A DNA stretch of 62,928 nt, filler included, from Hyphochytrium catenoides (Eukaryota; Protista; Hyphochytriomycota): the NCBI GenBank assembly GCA_900088475.1. It is 6 parts of 6 records of this genome, joined end to end, with 100 filler letters (N's around TTAATTAATTAA, not from the genome) between each part and the next. Parts side by side here need not be neighbours in the genome. Positions count along the whole stretch, not along the records: positions 25,757 to 45,894 come from FLMG01003124.1; 5 more parts are not named here. One strand, 5' to 3'. Positions within the stretch are counted from its first letter, which is position 1. Every line of letters begins with the position of its first letter. A model generated the notes under the pieces. It was given only the letters and a program-made list of their open reading frames with translations. It ran no database searches and was not told the origin of the DNA. This document shows, piece by piece, positions 25,657 through 45,994 of this stretch. The translations under genes were made by a program, and so were the position numbers.

Positions 25657-25756
25657 NNNNNNNNNNNNNNNNNNNNNNNNNNNNNNNNNNNNNNNNNNNN
25701 TTAATTAATTAANNNNNNNNNNNNNNNNNNNNNNNNNNNNNNNNNNNNNNNNNNNN
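25657..25756. other. artificial assembly spacer N44-TTAATTAATTAA-N44
   Basis: Exactly 100 bp with a six-frame stop linker, identical to four other spacers in the window. Confidence 0.97.
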
Positions 25757-25790
<34 letters not shown>

Positions 25791-26340
25791 TCCTCTCTCT
25801 CTCCTTCTGTGTAAACTCTCCCATTATCCCTGTGCCCTCATTTCCAAGGAAGGGTCCCTATAATTGTTTCTCTCCTCCTCTGATGTACCTTCATTTTCTC
25901 CCGAGAGTCTCTCAAGCAGGAACTCTGTCCGGTTCTAGAGATCCATGGGGAAGGTAACAGCGTGGCGAGTCAGAGGAAGGACGGCAGAGAGACAAAGAAA
26001 GAGTTAGAGATGAGCAGAACCTGAGCTAAGAGGTGAATCAAAGTACGTACGGAATTGTCGGCGCTGCTAAAAGAGCGCAGGGAGTGGCCCAACCCTGCAC
26101 GGCAGCTCCGTATCTGACAAAGACGAGTGAGGCAGAGCATCCTTTCTTGATCTGCAAGCGCGGCAGTGACACTACTTTTGAGAAGGAGGAGATTATGATA
26201 GAATGGGAAAGAGAGAAAGAGAGTGACAAGCCAGAGCTTAGAGATCTGGGAGAGATATTGCAAAGGAAACTGACAATGCTTTGCTTTGACCCGTTGATGA
26301 CATCGGAATGATGCTTTAAAGACGAAGAAAGTGGGATAGA

Positions 26341-26365
26341 GAGCAAGAGAGGAGACAGACGGACC

Positions 26366-26404
<39 letters not shown>

Positions 26405-26535
26405 CGAGAGAGCGAGAGAGAGAGAGAGCGAGAGAGAGAGAGAGCAAGAGAGGAGACATACGGACCAACAGAGAGAGAGAGAGAGAGAGCGACACAGAGA
26501 GAGAGAGAAAGAGAGAGACAGAGAGAGAGAAAGAG
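26341..26535. repeat. (AG)n microsatellite containing a duplicated ~30-bp unit
   Basis: gagcaagagaggagaca(g/t)acggaccaacag occurs at ~26341 and ~26442. Confidence 0.85.
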
Positions 26536-28019
26536 ACCTGACAATCAAAACACCACGTGCCAAGTTTCCTCTTTGATGTCCTTCAACTTCGTGGCCGGTA
26601 ACGGACGGCAGGTTCTGATATAGAGCCGGTAGCGGTCAGGATACGGGTTGAGCGCCGCTAAGGATCGCTCCCAGCCTTGCCGAGGAAATCGTCATCGGCT
26701 TTTTACCGGTGTCTTTATATAGTAGCTACAGCGCTACTGTCAATGTGGAAGAGCCCGTCCTGCTTGACGAGACAGCGCTTATTGAACGGGACAAGTTGGC
26801 TAAGAGATGCTATGGTGGAGTTCATCGAAGATCTCAACCTCGGTCCGCCCAGCGCATAACATCATTAGCAGACAGCGAGATTCATAAGGGTATCGTTCAC
26901 TTTATCGAGTGATGCATTGCGTCCTTTCTAAGAAAGAAGTCTTTGACTAGATCATGCTACTAAGTTGGTCAAACGCTTCTGACTTGAGCTCGGTCAGTTT
27001 CGCAATGTCATCGTCCATGGAGGCCACCAACATTGCAGAAGGATTATCGCTCTTGGTCTCGATCTCCTTTCCTCGTACCAAATCATTGATCATTTTAATA
27101 ATATACCTATCAAAGCGCTGCTGCTCAAGCTCTTTGTGAAGCGTTGAGTTGGCTCTAGCTTGATTAGAGTGGACCTGTGCTTCCATGAGCTTCAGAATGC
27201 GCTCGCTAGAATCGTCGTGAGCCGCATCAGGTGACTGATAAGTTACCATATGATCCACCAGCGTTTTGACATTGTTGTTCATCTGGTTGAAGGAAGTCAA
27301 AACCTGATTGTAACTTGATCGGTGATGGAGAAACGAGGAGACAGCATGGTCTCGAGACCTGCTATTCGCTCAGTGGTGGGGGCAATGAGAATCATGTCAT
27401 CAACGTGGTGCGTTCCTGTTTGACTCTCAGCGTAATTAAGCTCATACGGTGAGCTAGTCTGCTCGGCCCACTAAGTCCCACTGCTCTACTAAGAAGCTCT
27501 GAAGACGCAGTCGCCCCACAGGCTGTCAAAGCCCCAGTGATACTTTGATAGCGATAGACCCTTCACTTAAGGGGATGAGAGACCGTGGGTCATGCAAGCC
27601 AATCGCATGGCTCCCACTCAGCCACAGATTCACTCTAGGAACGCTTAGATGCAATGGCTGGTAACAAAAGATTGTGACTACCCATAGACACGGTGAACGG
27701 CCAACTTGGGCTTATTTTTAACGACTAAGGGTAAGTCTACTTGCCTGTGCCTCTCTCTTTCAGTCAAGCTGCGTGCTTGTCGAAGATATTTCTGCCCGAT
27801 CTCTCTCTCTCCCTGTCGTGCCTATAGGTGTTTGTTGTTCATTCGCCATCTCCTCGAGCTGAGTCTCTTACATCCAATGAGCAGTCTCTGATTAGAGGAG
27901 CACGTTGCGAGAGGAGGGAGCCCGTCTCCGCCGAGGTCGCAGTTGATAATAGAATCGACTAAGCGCGGGACACCTCAAAACGCTGCATGCAAAGGAAATG
28001 AGCTTCTCTCTCGCTGTTG

Positions 28020-30469
28020 CTAGAAGTCAGAGACATGACTGAGGTGACGATCTGTGAAATAGCGAGTGCGTGGCTTTTCCTCTCCTCCTGCCTTTTTCTG
28101 GAAAAACGATGTGATGCTTGGGACTCCAGCAGGAGCATCCTGCGGAAGGGGAGATGATGCAGACTGGTAAGACAAACGGTTGTGCGCAGCAATGCTTGAG
28201 AAAGGAAGCAGGGTGAAAAGAAGAGAAGGCAAGATTGTGCAGAAGGCTGTTCCCTAAGGGCACCGCACAGGAGTCGAGGAGATAAACAGTCAAAGACGAG
28301 AAGTAGAAAACCTGCTTAGAGTTCGGGCAAGAGATTCAAAGGCGTGCCGCAGGAGAAAAAGCAGGCGGGAGAGGAAAAAAAAACAAGGGAAAGACAGAGG
28401 GCGGCCTACCTTGGCTTCGTCCTCGCCCCATTCGACAAGGTCATTGTTGTTGGCGAGGAGTGTCGTTATGGTCGCCCAGCTGAAGCGAACTATGTTGGGA
28501 TAACCAAAGAGTGGATCACGGTTCTTCTCGAGCCAGTCTACCGTTCTGCACAATCGAAAGGGAAGAGAGACGTCAGCTAGGAGGAGACAGCCTTTACAAT
28601 GAGAGAGGCGGAATGGCAGGGAGATAGACGTACTGGACGTGTTAATAACTCTTGCGTCGTAGAGATCGCATCTCTCTCTTTACCTCTGATCACTTGGATA
28701 CCCAGAGCCATAGTCCGTTGGTCCCATATAGCCTTTCTCCTTCCACTTCCAGCCTTCAAGAATCTGATCTCTTGTCACCTTCGCACAGATACTTGCCGCG
28801 CTCACGACCTGCACATGGATGAGTGAGGCGAAGGTGGAGTATAGGACTACAACCCTCGCAGAAGGGGAAAGAGGGATTGGCAAGTAGAACGTACAAGCGG
28901 CACTTCTTCCCACATTTCTCATCTTTTCTCGAGTTCTGTCTCTCTCCCTCATTACTTACCCCTCTCTCTTTCTCTGTCTCTTTTTCTTTCTCTCTCTCTT
29001 TCTCTCCGTGCTTTCTCTTGTCAAGGCTGGGACCCTGGTTCAGCCTTCGCATTTAGCTCTCATGAACTTCTCTAAATCATCCAACGCATGTCTTATCAAC
29101 CATCACCTCTGACCTTGAACAGGCTGTCCGCCTTCTTCCTGACCGTGAAAGCTATCTCTCCATGGAAAGCATCTCCTAGCTTCTTCTCATAATAAGCAGG
29201 GTCCCCAACGGTGTCCACATACACTTCAGAGACATTGACACCCAGTTTTCGCACAGTCTGAACGAGCTTTATGGCTGTGTCATGAGAGAGAGCATTCAAG
29301 CTGTACGGGTTCCTCCTCAACATTGAGGCAGAGATCTCGCACGCGGAGATGACCCGTACTAGCCATCTGGAAGAGGTAAGACATCAAGATAAAGGCAAGG
29401 ATGGCTTAGAATGCTAGAGAGATGAAAAGGACAGGAGGCTCACTAGGAGAGCTGTGAAGTACCAACGGAACGACTTGCTGATGATAGCAGGTAAAGATGG
29501 AAAAACGGCTAGAAAACGCAAGGACGCAGGGAAGCTGAGGAAGCAGCTCATAAAGAGGCCCATTCTTCAGCGGAACGGAGGTGGGAGAATGGAGCTGGGT
29601 GAAGGAGGGAAGCAGTAGAGGCTGACTCTAATGGAAGTGCGAGAGCGGCTCTATAGAAAAGTACTAGAAGCGCATGGGGACCAAGAAGGCTAGTGAGACG
29701 CAATGCGGGAAGCTTCGTTGGATAGGCCAAGGAAAGAGAGATCGACCGTTACTTTTGATGGCAGATGGTCGTGAGAAGGAGCATAAATATGCAGAGAGAG
29801 AAAGACACAGAGAGAATAGAGCATTACCCAGCATTTTCTGTCTGCTTGATCTTCTCAAAGAGCTTCTCCCTTTGCTCGGCGGACAGAGCTTTGGAGTCAT
29901 CAAAACCTTTCTTTTCCATTTCTTCAGCGTCAGAGACCCGCCAGAATGCGGCTCCATATGTCATAGGCCCAAGAGCAGGACCACGGCCTTCAAGTTGGAA
30001 AGGCGAAGAGAGGAAGAAAGAGAAGCAAGTAAAAAGAGAGAGAGAGAGAGATCCCGCCAGATATGAATGAGTATCGCAAGATAAAACATGGAAGATGGAA
30101 TGAAAGGCTTGAAGGTGAAGCATACAGGAGAACGGAGAAAGAAGGAGGCGGATTATTAAAAGAGACGGATAAGGGTAAGCAATCTAAGGAGAAACGATGG
30201 CGGTGGGGGGCATGGAAAAAGAGAGAGAGAGAGAGACAGCGCGAAAAAGAGAGAGACACAGAGAGACAGCGAGAGATAACAATGAGAGAAAGAAAGACAG
30301 AGAGAGAGAGAGAGACTATAGATGAATACAAAGGCATATAGGTTGGGCACTTACCGGCCTCATCTATGCCCATCATGATGGGCTCCCCAGAACATAGTGA
30401 AGGAGGTACTGACGATGTTACTAGACCGCTATCCCAACAATCCTTGTACTCCTTTTCAAAGGCAAACAT
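28020..30469 (-). CDS. RNASEH2A: ribonuclease H2 catalytic subunit A, spliced
   Basis: GIDEAG|[41 protein letters not shown]|[34 protein letters not shown], and C-terminus ...SITSFF...[14 protein letters not shown]. Confidence 0.95.
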
Positions 30470-32111
30470 CGCTGCTATTAGCTGATACTGGCCAGCCTTT
30501 AGCCCCGCAATGCCGTTCCTCTCGTTGACTCTCCAACTCGTCGGGATCCTTCACGGGGACCTCTCCTTCCCAAGATTTCTTCTTATAACACCTCGTAGGC
30601 TCTATCCCTGCGCCAGATGGGATGCGTTCTCCCTTAGTTTTGACCTTCTAGGTCTAGGGATCGTATCTCCTGGTGCTCTTAGGGATATAATAATCTAAAG
30701 TTTCAAGAAGAAGTCATCTCCCGCCCGGCCCCAGACTCGTCTCGCGCTTTCTTCCTCTTGTACTCTCTGCTCTCTTCTTTCCCCTTCTTGCTCTTGCAGA
30801 CACTTCCTCAGCTCTCTCTCTCTCTCTCTCTGTGTCTCCAGATTGCCAGCTCTCTTCGATGCCTATGGCCTAACCGCTTCCCAGAGCTCAGATCTCTTCG
30901 AATGTCGATGATCTGTCTGGAAGCTCTGATCAGAGAAAAGCGTTTCCTCTATTTTTTTGCTTCTTTGTCCTCTTTCCCTCCAATTTTGAAGTTTTCGCGG
31001 CATATCTACCGAAGCTCCACCGAACTTTATAGGAGGTTTACGAAAAGTAGTCCTTAAAGAGCTGACCTCTCTTCCGAATCTAGCAACAGCTACCGATACT
31101 CCTTGCGTTAGTGATGTTCGTTGGGTATGAACAAAACATCAACAGTTAACAAAACTCGTATTTCAACCACGGAATTCGGAAATGTCTGTTACCCTCGTGG
31201 ACTGGAAAATTATGCTATTCTTATCTACGAGAGACAGGACTGCTCTTTAGGGAATCTCTGCTAGGATTCGGGCCCACTGGGGAGTTTCTGAAGATCTGAA
31301 GAGAAGAGATCTTGATTTCTGAAGCTCAGCGTCTGAGCTCTGCTTTGGGCAGGCCGGCAGTGTGGAGCCATAGTCCTGGGCCGATGACAGTGCTCCATCA
31401 CACCTTTGGGCGCCCGATGCCCGCTCATCTTGGTGTCATTCCAAGTCTTTTGATATTAGAAGAGTATCTCCTCTGCGCAGGACAGCATCGGGATAAGATC
31501 ATGCCCATGGCCTTGATGCCTCATGTCTAGTCACTAGAGTGTCAGCATCGGTCGAAGTGAGACTAACAATAATCAATGGATACTTTGGATGATAAGTGCC
31601 CTCAGAATCTCTGCAGCCTGCTGGAGAAGGTATCAAAACGGCCTTTAACATTGTGCTCTCTTCTTTCTCTTCCGTGGTCTCAGTATAATCCACCTCCGGT
31701 TTCTGACTGTCTAGGTTTGAGTCTTCTCCTCCTTTCACTATGCTTTTCTCTAGGATGTGCTCCAATAGAGTGTATGCTCTTCTTTCCTTTTCTTCTGTTA
31801 TGTTGACTTTGCGTCTTTGTCGATGGTGGGCCTAGTGGCTGGCACTGGAGAATGAGAAAGAGAAGGAGAATGAAGAAGCGACAGCCACCGCGAACCAGTT
31901 TGTCGATCTTCTGATGCATATCTTACCCTCTGAGGATTCGCTTATTGCCCACCAATGCCTCGATGCTACCCGAAGGTTTCTAGATGTTAGCCGCCCACTG
32001 CTAGAAGTAAGAAGAACTTGGAGCTCAGAGGACCTTTGATCAGGGGTTCTGATGCGCGGATGACAGTATCTGAGGACAGAAGAAAGAGACAAAGAAAGAG
32101 AAAAAAAAAGG

Positions 32112-32164
<53 letters not shown>

Positions 32165-32299
32165 AAGTAGAGAGTGTATTGATGGAATAAATTGGCCTTG
32201 GTGGAGAAAGGAGTCTACCTGCATTGACCACTTGGTTGCGACGGGAAGCTTTGGTTAGAAGAGAAGTAGGAGGAACAAGGGCCATCCAACTTATTGATG

Positions 32300-35200
32300 A
32301 AGCCATCCTTTCCTTATCGACTGTGCTGTCAACCAGAGCGTAGGCGTCAGAGCGCTGGAGCTCTTTGATGCTATTATTAGACACGCAGATGTGATGTCTC
32401 CCAGCTCAAGTGAGCAGGTCGAGCTAATGGAACAGGTATATGAAGAGGCAGAATGGTATCTCTTGTTGAGCTGGATCTTTTTTGCTTACATTTTGTTAAA
32501 ACTGCCTTGTAGTGCTTGCTGCCCTCGGCACCTCGAAGCGTCTCGCTCGTTGTTGTCTCCTCTTTATCTTCACACTTTCTTTTGCAGTTTTACGGATGTC
32601 GACTAGATCAGCTCTTTCTTCACTCTCACTCTGGCCAGCTCCGCTTGTGTGGCTCTTCCTGTCTCTATTTATTTGCCCTTAAAAGCCAATTCTTATGTCG
32701 TGTATATCCCCCATTAGATCATATCCCGTGTCTGTTCATTATGCTCTGCGAAAGAAATACTTCTAGCTTCGATGGGAGCATTGGATCAGCACTTCCTGGA
32801 TGGACAGAGAGACTATAGCCGTACTGCTACTGGGGAGAGCCTTTTCGATCCTGGTCATAGGGCTCTCCGTCGGCAACTGCTTACGCTGATGGGGCAGGGT
32901 ACGCGTTTTGAAATTCTCCCATAGATCGTCATCTTAGCTTAGGCAATGCTCACGATTTTCTCTTTCTTGACTCTGTCTCTTCGCTTCTTCCGCGTACTCA
33001 CTTCAATCTTTGCCTCTCATGGACCACAGAATGCGTTCTACTACTTCTTGTTCACTTCTCCCATCTTTCCATCTCATGACGTCTCATCCACACTTCTCGG
33101 CTCCCCATTTGTTGACACTCTCCTTTTTGGCTACCCTCTATAATAGCGCTCATTCAGATGGGTGGCCGGCCACGGTTAAGGTTGATGGAGGATTCGTTTG
33201 CCTTCGTAATGAGGGTTCTAAGGGCTAGTGAGCCTTTGAAGAGGACTCAAAGAGATTTGGCACAGGGCTCAAGTCTGGTGCGAAATCGCTGCTGTGTGCA
33301 CTATTGTCCGACACTTTCTTACACCCGTTCTTACTTAAGATAGAGTAGGCCTGACTCTCTTTCCCGCTCTACTGCCAACCTCCCGGTCTGTTCCGACCCC
33401 CAAGCAACTCCTCGTACGAGTCTCTGAAAGTCTCGCAAGAACCCTTCGTCAGCTTCTGCTCTGGCACTTACTATCCCCTCGTCGTTCTTAGGCTGAAGCA
33501 ATGGACGATGTACTTCATTTTATCAGGCCCGTAGTGGAAAACCTTGGACCGGTGCGACAGTCCTGCTTGAGCTTTAAAGAAAGGTTTGAGAAAGAGTTCT
33601 CCATTTGCCTTTTTCAGCTGCAATGGGAGGTAAGGGGTCTAGCATCTGCATAGACATTTTTACAGCTGGCTGAGGTGCCAATGCCCAGTACTGAGAGAGA
33701 CCGAGAAGAACTAGACCAGTGGACTAAGGCGAGAACAAAGAAGGGGCAGAGAGAAGCTGCAAAGTCTAACCCTATTGAGGAGTCAGAGCTCTTCATGGCA
33801 GAAAAATCGTGGAGGGAAGAACAGAACGCAACCCTGAAGCTAAACAGTGTTGTTTTCTCTCTCTGACATATGGTCTAGACAGAGATGACGGCCTCGCTCC
33901 TGTTCCGGCTGTTAACGGTGAGACCTTCTCTTGGACGTCGGAGGTTAAATAGCACCTTAGAGGAGTTAGGGCGCTTAATTTGGCGGCTCCAGCTTCCCGT
34001 CAGCGACATTCTGCTATGCAGAAGAAGAAAAGAAGCCCTGCGGCTTCTTTATCAGGAGGAGGAAGTGCTGCGAGGAGATGAAGAGGAATGGACAATCGAA
34101 GAGCCTGACTGGTCCAACCCTTCGCTATCATCTGCACAACAAGAGAAGACTGTACAGAAGGTACCTCGCACTTGCTCGCCTTCAACTTAGGAGTTTTCCT
34201 CACCTACTCATTTGTTTGAACCGCACTTTCCTATCTTCCCCTTTCTATTGCTCTGCTCTGATTATAACTGTTTTGCAAGAATTCTACTTCCAATGTATCG
34301 TCCTCGTTCGGCAGGCTCGCATCCTTTATGAAGGAATCCTCTCGTGTGTGGCTTCCTATGTCAGCTGTCTCTATTGCTTTATTTTGATGTGCTTAGTCCA
34401 ATAGTCAAATCAAGAGGTCCAAGATTATCTAAGCGCTTCCTCCTTCTCACCATTCAAGCTCTCATCTCGCGGCTTGCTCTGGATGGACCAAGATGACGGT
34501 TGGCAGAGTATCACCACACAGCAGAATGAAGCACTCACGACACTGTTCCTCACGGCGAGACTGGTGCAATGTACGAGGATGCGCTTATTTGGCACTGATC
34601 CCTCGCGGTTTGCTTTTCAATCGCGCTCTTTGTTGTCTCAGAGAGCTTGTTCTCTCTCACCCTTCGCGGTACCTAAGAAGTGCCATTTCTCCTTGGCTGC
34701 AGGTGCTGATGTTTCTCTCTGGCCGTCAGTCTATTCGCCCTGGTGGGAGTTTGTCCTTCTGGAGCTTGGAATGAGGTCTCTCTTGTCAGAGGCACTGGAA
34801 GAGGTAGCCATTGTGTGACAAAATTGAGAGAAAGAGAGCTTGAGAAGAGAGAGGATGTAACCAGAGAGTTAACCTGACGGACGGTCTTATAGTGAGTCCT
34901 CGGAGGAAGCGGAAAGGAGAAAGTCGAAACAGCAAGTGGTACATCCAAAGAACATGATAAGAACAAACATAACACGAGTGATTAGAAGAGGGGACCTGGA
35001 GGTCAGCAAGAGGCGTGACTGTATGCCCATTTGCCTCTTAGGAGGAGAATGAAGGTCTTTCGATGTGTGCGCCGATCTTCGAGAGCCTTCCGCAATCATC
35101 ACTCTCTCTTAGAAGGGAGAGACGGAGTTTGGCGAGTCAGGCTGAAGGCCGTGAGGCTCAAGTCCGAGTGGTAGCTTTACAATCAGGCAAGAAGGATATC

Positions 35201-36983
35201 TCTCTTTTCTTCAACTGCCACAGCGGCGTACCAACCTCCATTGTCTAATCTGCCTTCTCCTACGGTCGACCTTCGTGCCCTCAGGTTGTCCTGTTCCCTG
35301 CGATATTCTTCCCGTCCTGACCCTCTTGAGCCAGATAGCGCTGTCGTCTCCTTTCGTTCTACGGAGACAAAGAGCTGTTTCCTGTATGCAGAGCATTATA
35401 TGGGCAGTTAGGTTGCAGGACAGGTAAGAAGAGTATTGTTAGGCCTCGGTGTGGCAGGCCAATGTCCCCTCGGCTTCATAGCGAAGGTCTGTACCGCTGA
35501 AAGTTTTTGGGAAGGACATGGAGAGGGGTGCGGGGAGGAGCTCAACAACCATATAGTCTGCTCTGACAAAAGCTATATCACTCCCCTCGGTGCTCCGTCC
35601 CATTTCTTCTTTGATTGCAGACTCCAGATTCTTTCTGTTCTCTTCTCTACGTGTCCCTATCAAGAAATGCGATCCCACCTCGTAGATCTGATGAGAAGCG
35701 TCATACACCGTGCTTGGCCTGCTACAGATTCAGAAGGAGAAGGCCCTCAGACTTATGAAGGTGAAAGTCCTTTTAGTCCTTCGTCTCCCAAACAAGCACC
35801 ATCACTCTCTACGATCTTCTCACTGTCGCTCAGTCTGGAGTTCTTCCGATATCGAGTCGACGCCTTAGCTTACCCTCCATCTCTCAATGACTTTTCGTCT
35901 CTTTTATCGTCTTCATTCAAGCACCAGCCTCGCCCATGGCCTATACTCTGTCCTTATGGCCTCAATTACTCTTTATGGACCTGCGTTCTACTCCGGCCAT
36001 ACACCGCTGTGGAGCTAACACTGTCCTTCTCGCTAAGGCTCTTTTATTTTCTTCATCGCTAAAGCATTCTCTGACTTCTTCGATATGTCTGTCTCTCTGC
36101 TAACCTTTATCTGGTCCGCCTGATCTGAATATTAGCTTGGGAAGCCGTGAGACTTGAGTTAGAGCCTATCATGCTCAAGATCCTCTCCGCATTGAGAGAA
36201 GAAGAAGAACCGACCAGAGCCGCAGGATTGATGTTAAGCTGGGTCAGCCTCTTAAAGTACCTCAGAAGCAGAGATAATCAGGTAGAGCCAAGAAGCCAAG
36301 CAGCGCGATTGGGGAGAAGGCAAAGACAGCAAGACAGAGAGACAACAATAGTGCAATTGCCGCAAGATGATGCCACGCAAGAGCCAGCTGATCCATAGAC
36401 CCCAGATAGGCAACAGTAGAACGGCAGCCTTCCGAGGGGAAAAGGGAACTACTAGAGAAGAAAGAGAGAGAGAGATAGAGAGAGAGAGAGACCCTGCCAG
36501 CCACTGCTAATGCGACCTCTATTTCCCGTTCTCTTCAGTCTCCTACAGCTCTGAAACTTTCTGGGTTTAAGGCTTTCAAAGAGGCCCAGGTTAATATCCG
36601 TCACTGGAGGAGAAAGGTTCCCGCGCTTATACAAAGAGTAACAGCAGAGAGACAAGAAGTACTTTCACAGGGCGACCCTCTTCATCCTGCCCCTAGGTCG
36701 TCTCCCTTCTCGGAGGTACGTTACCTTCCTCGTTCTCCTCTCTTAGTGAGAAGGTTGCATGTGCTTTTGCTACGTCACTCACGTTGGCTACTCTTCACCG
36801 CCTTTTGCCTTTGCACTTTTGTCTCGCGCTCATCCACGTTTGATCTCCCGATGTTGCTTCTGTCCCTACCAGGAGGGTAACGAAAGACGCGACCCTATTC
36901 CCTCAAAGGAAGCCAGACTTGGCTCTACGTTGACGAAGCTCCAACTACTACTCTTCGCTTTGGAAGACCTGGGAACTCTCTAG
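32300..36983 (+). CDS. probable glomulin/ALF4/YBP-family alpha-helical protein, spliced (5' end uncertain)
   Basis: Spliceable exons IISRVCSLCSAKEILLASMGAL, LWPSVYSPWW, LQILSVLFSTCPYQEMRSHLVDLMR and terminal TKLQLLLFALEDLGTL* resemble glomulin/ALF4 blocks from memory (CxxKExLL, PxVYSP). No search was run. Confidence 0.5.
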
Positions 36984-37376
36984 GAAGATGCTTGACTCTG
37001 CCGGTTGTTCTCACTTTCCGTTCGCCCTTTTTTCGTCTCTCTTTCTTGGCAGCTGCCTGGCCTCTCACCGCCGGTGTCAGCCTTCAGATCTAAGCCTAAC
37101 CAGTGCCTATCTATGCCTCGATTGGTGATATCCTTTACAAAAACAATGTATGGTGGCGGAGGCTGCCTGTACTTATGAGCCAGCCCCGTAGAGTTCACCT
37201 TCTCTGAGTATCGTCTCCTAACTGCTTTGATAGCTCAGAGCTTTTGCTCTTCACAAGTGCCACATGCAAGAGATAGACTAAAAAGAGCTGTTATTTATTA
37301 GGATGAGCTGGCGTTCCTATTCTGCTGTCCTGTCCCTGTCTCTCTTTCCGAACTTGTGCCTGCTAATGCCTAGTTC

Positions 37377-45433
<8,057 letters not shown>

Positions 45434-45894
45434 TTCTGCTGATTCTAGAACTTTTCTTTCACTCGCTCCTGTCACCCGTCTTTTACCGACTGGTTAAGAC
45501 CTTTCACTCTTTGAGTTGGATGGCCTTCTTCTGAACAAGACCAGAGAGCTCGCCGAGCCAGCGCTGGTATAGCCCGTGCGAGCTTCAGAATCTCCAGAAA
45601 TGGTCGTTATCTTCAATAATCGGCAAGGTAGTAATAGGCGGCTTCTCTTCATCTTTTATCGCCTCTGAGACCCCTGATGGCTCTGAACGAGAGACAGACT
45701 TTCTCAAGATCGCAAAAGATCAGACCGACTTACAACAAATGCGGTTACTATCATAATGATCTTTCTCCATTTAACAGCGAGCCTTAAGGCTTTAACCTAG
45801 ACATGCTACGCGAATGGTTATCAATTATGTTGGTTATCCATTGTTACTGATTACTTGATAACTGCGTCGGTTTAAGCGCCCCGAACCATCCATC

Positions 45895-45994
45895 NNNNNN
45901 NNNNNNNNNNNNNNNNNNNNNNNNNNNNNNNNNNNNNNTTAATTAATTAANNNNNNNNNNNNNNNNNNNNNNNNNNNNNNNNNNNNNNNNNNNN
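45895..45994. other. artificial assembly spacer
   Basis: N44-TTAATTAATTAA-N44. Confidence 0.97.

Noticed and set aside
25701-25712. TTAATTAATTAA as a piggyBac TTAA target site or regulatory palindrome
   Set aside because: It is always centred in an exact 100-bp N block, so it is an assembly linker.
33618-33629. 12-nt micro-exon LQWE in the glomulin-like gene
   Set aside because: It would need a 36-nt downstream intron, and skipping it keeps the frame, so it cannot be supported without cDNA.
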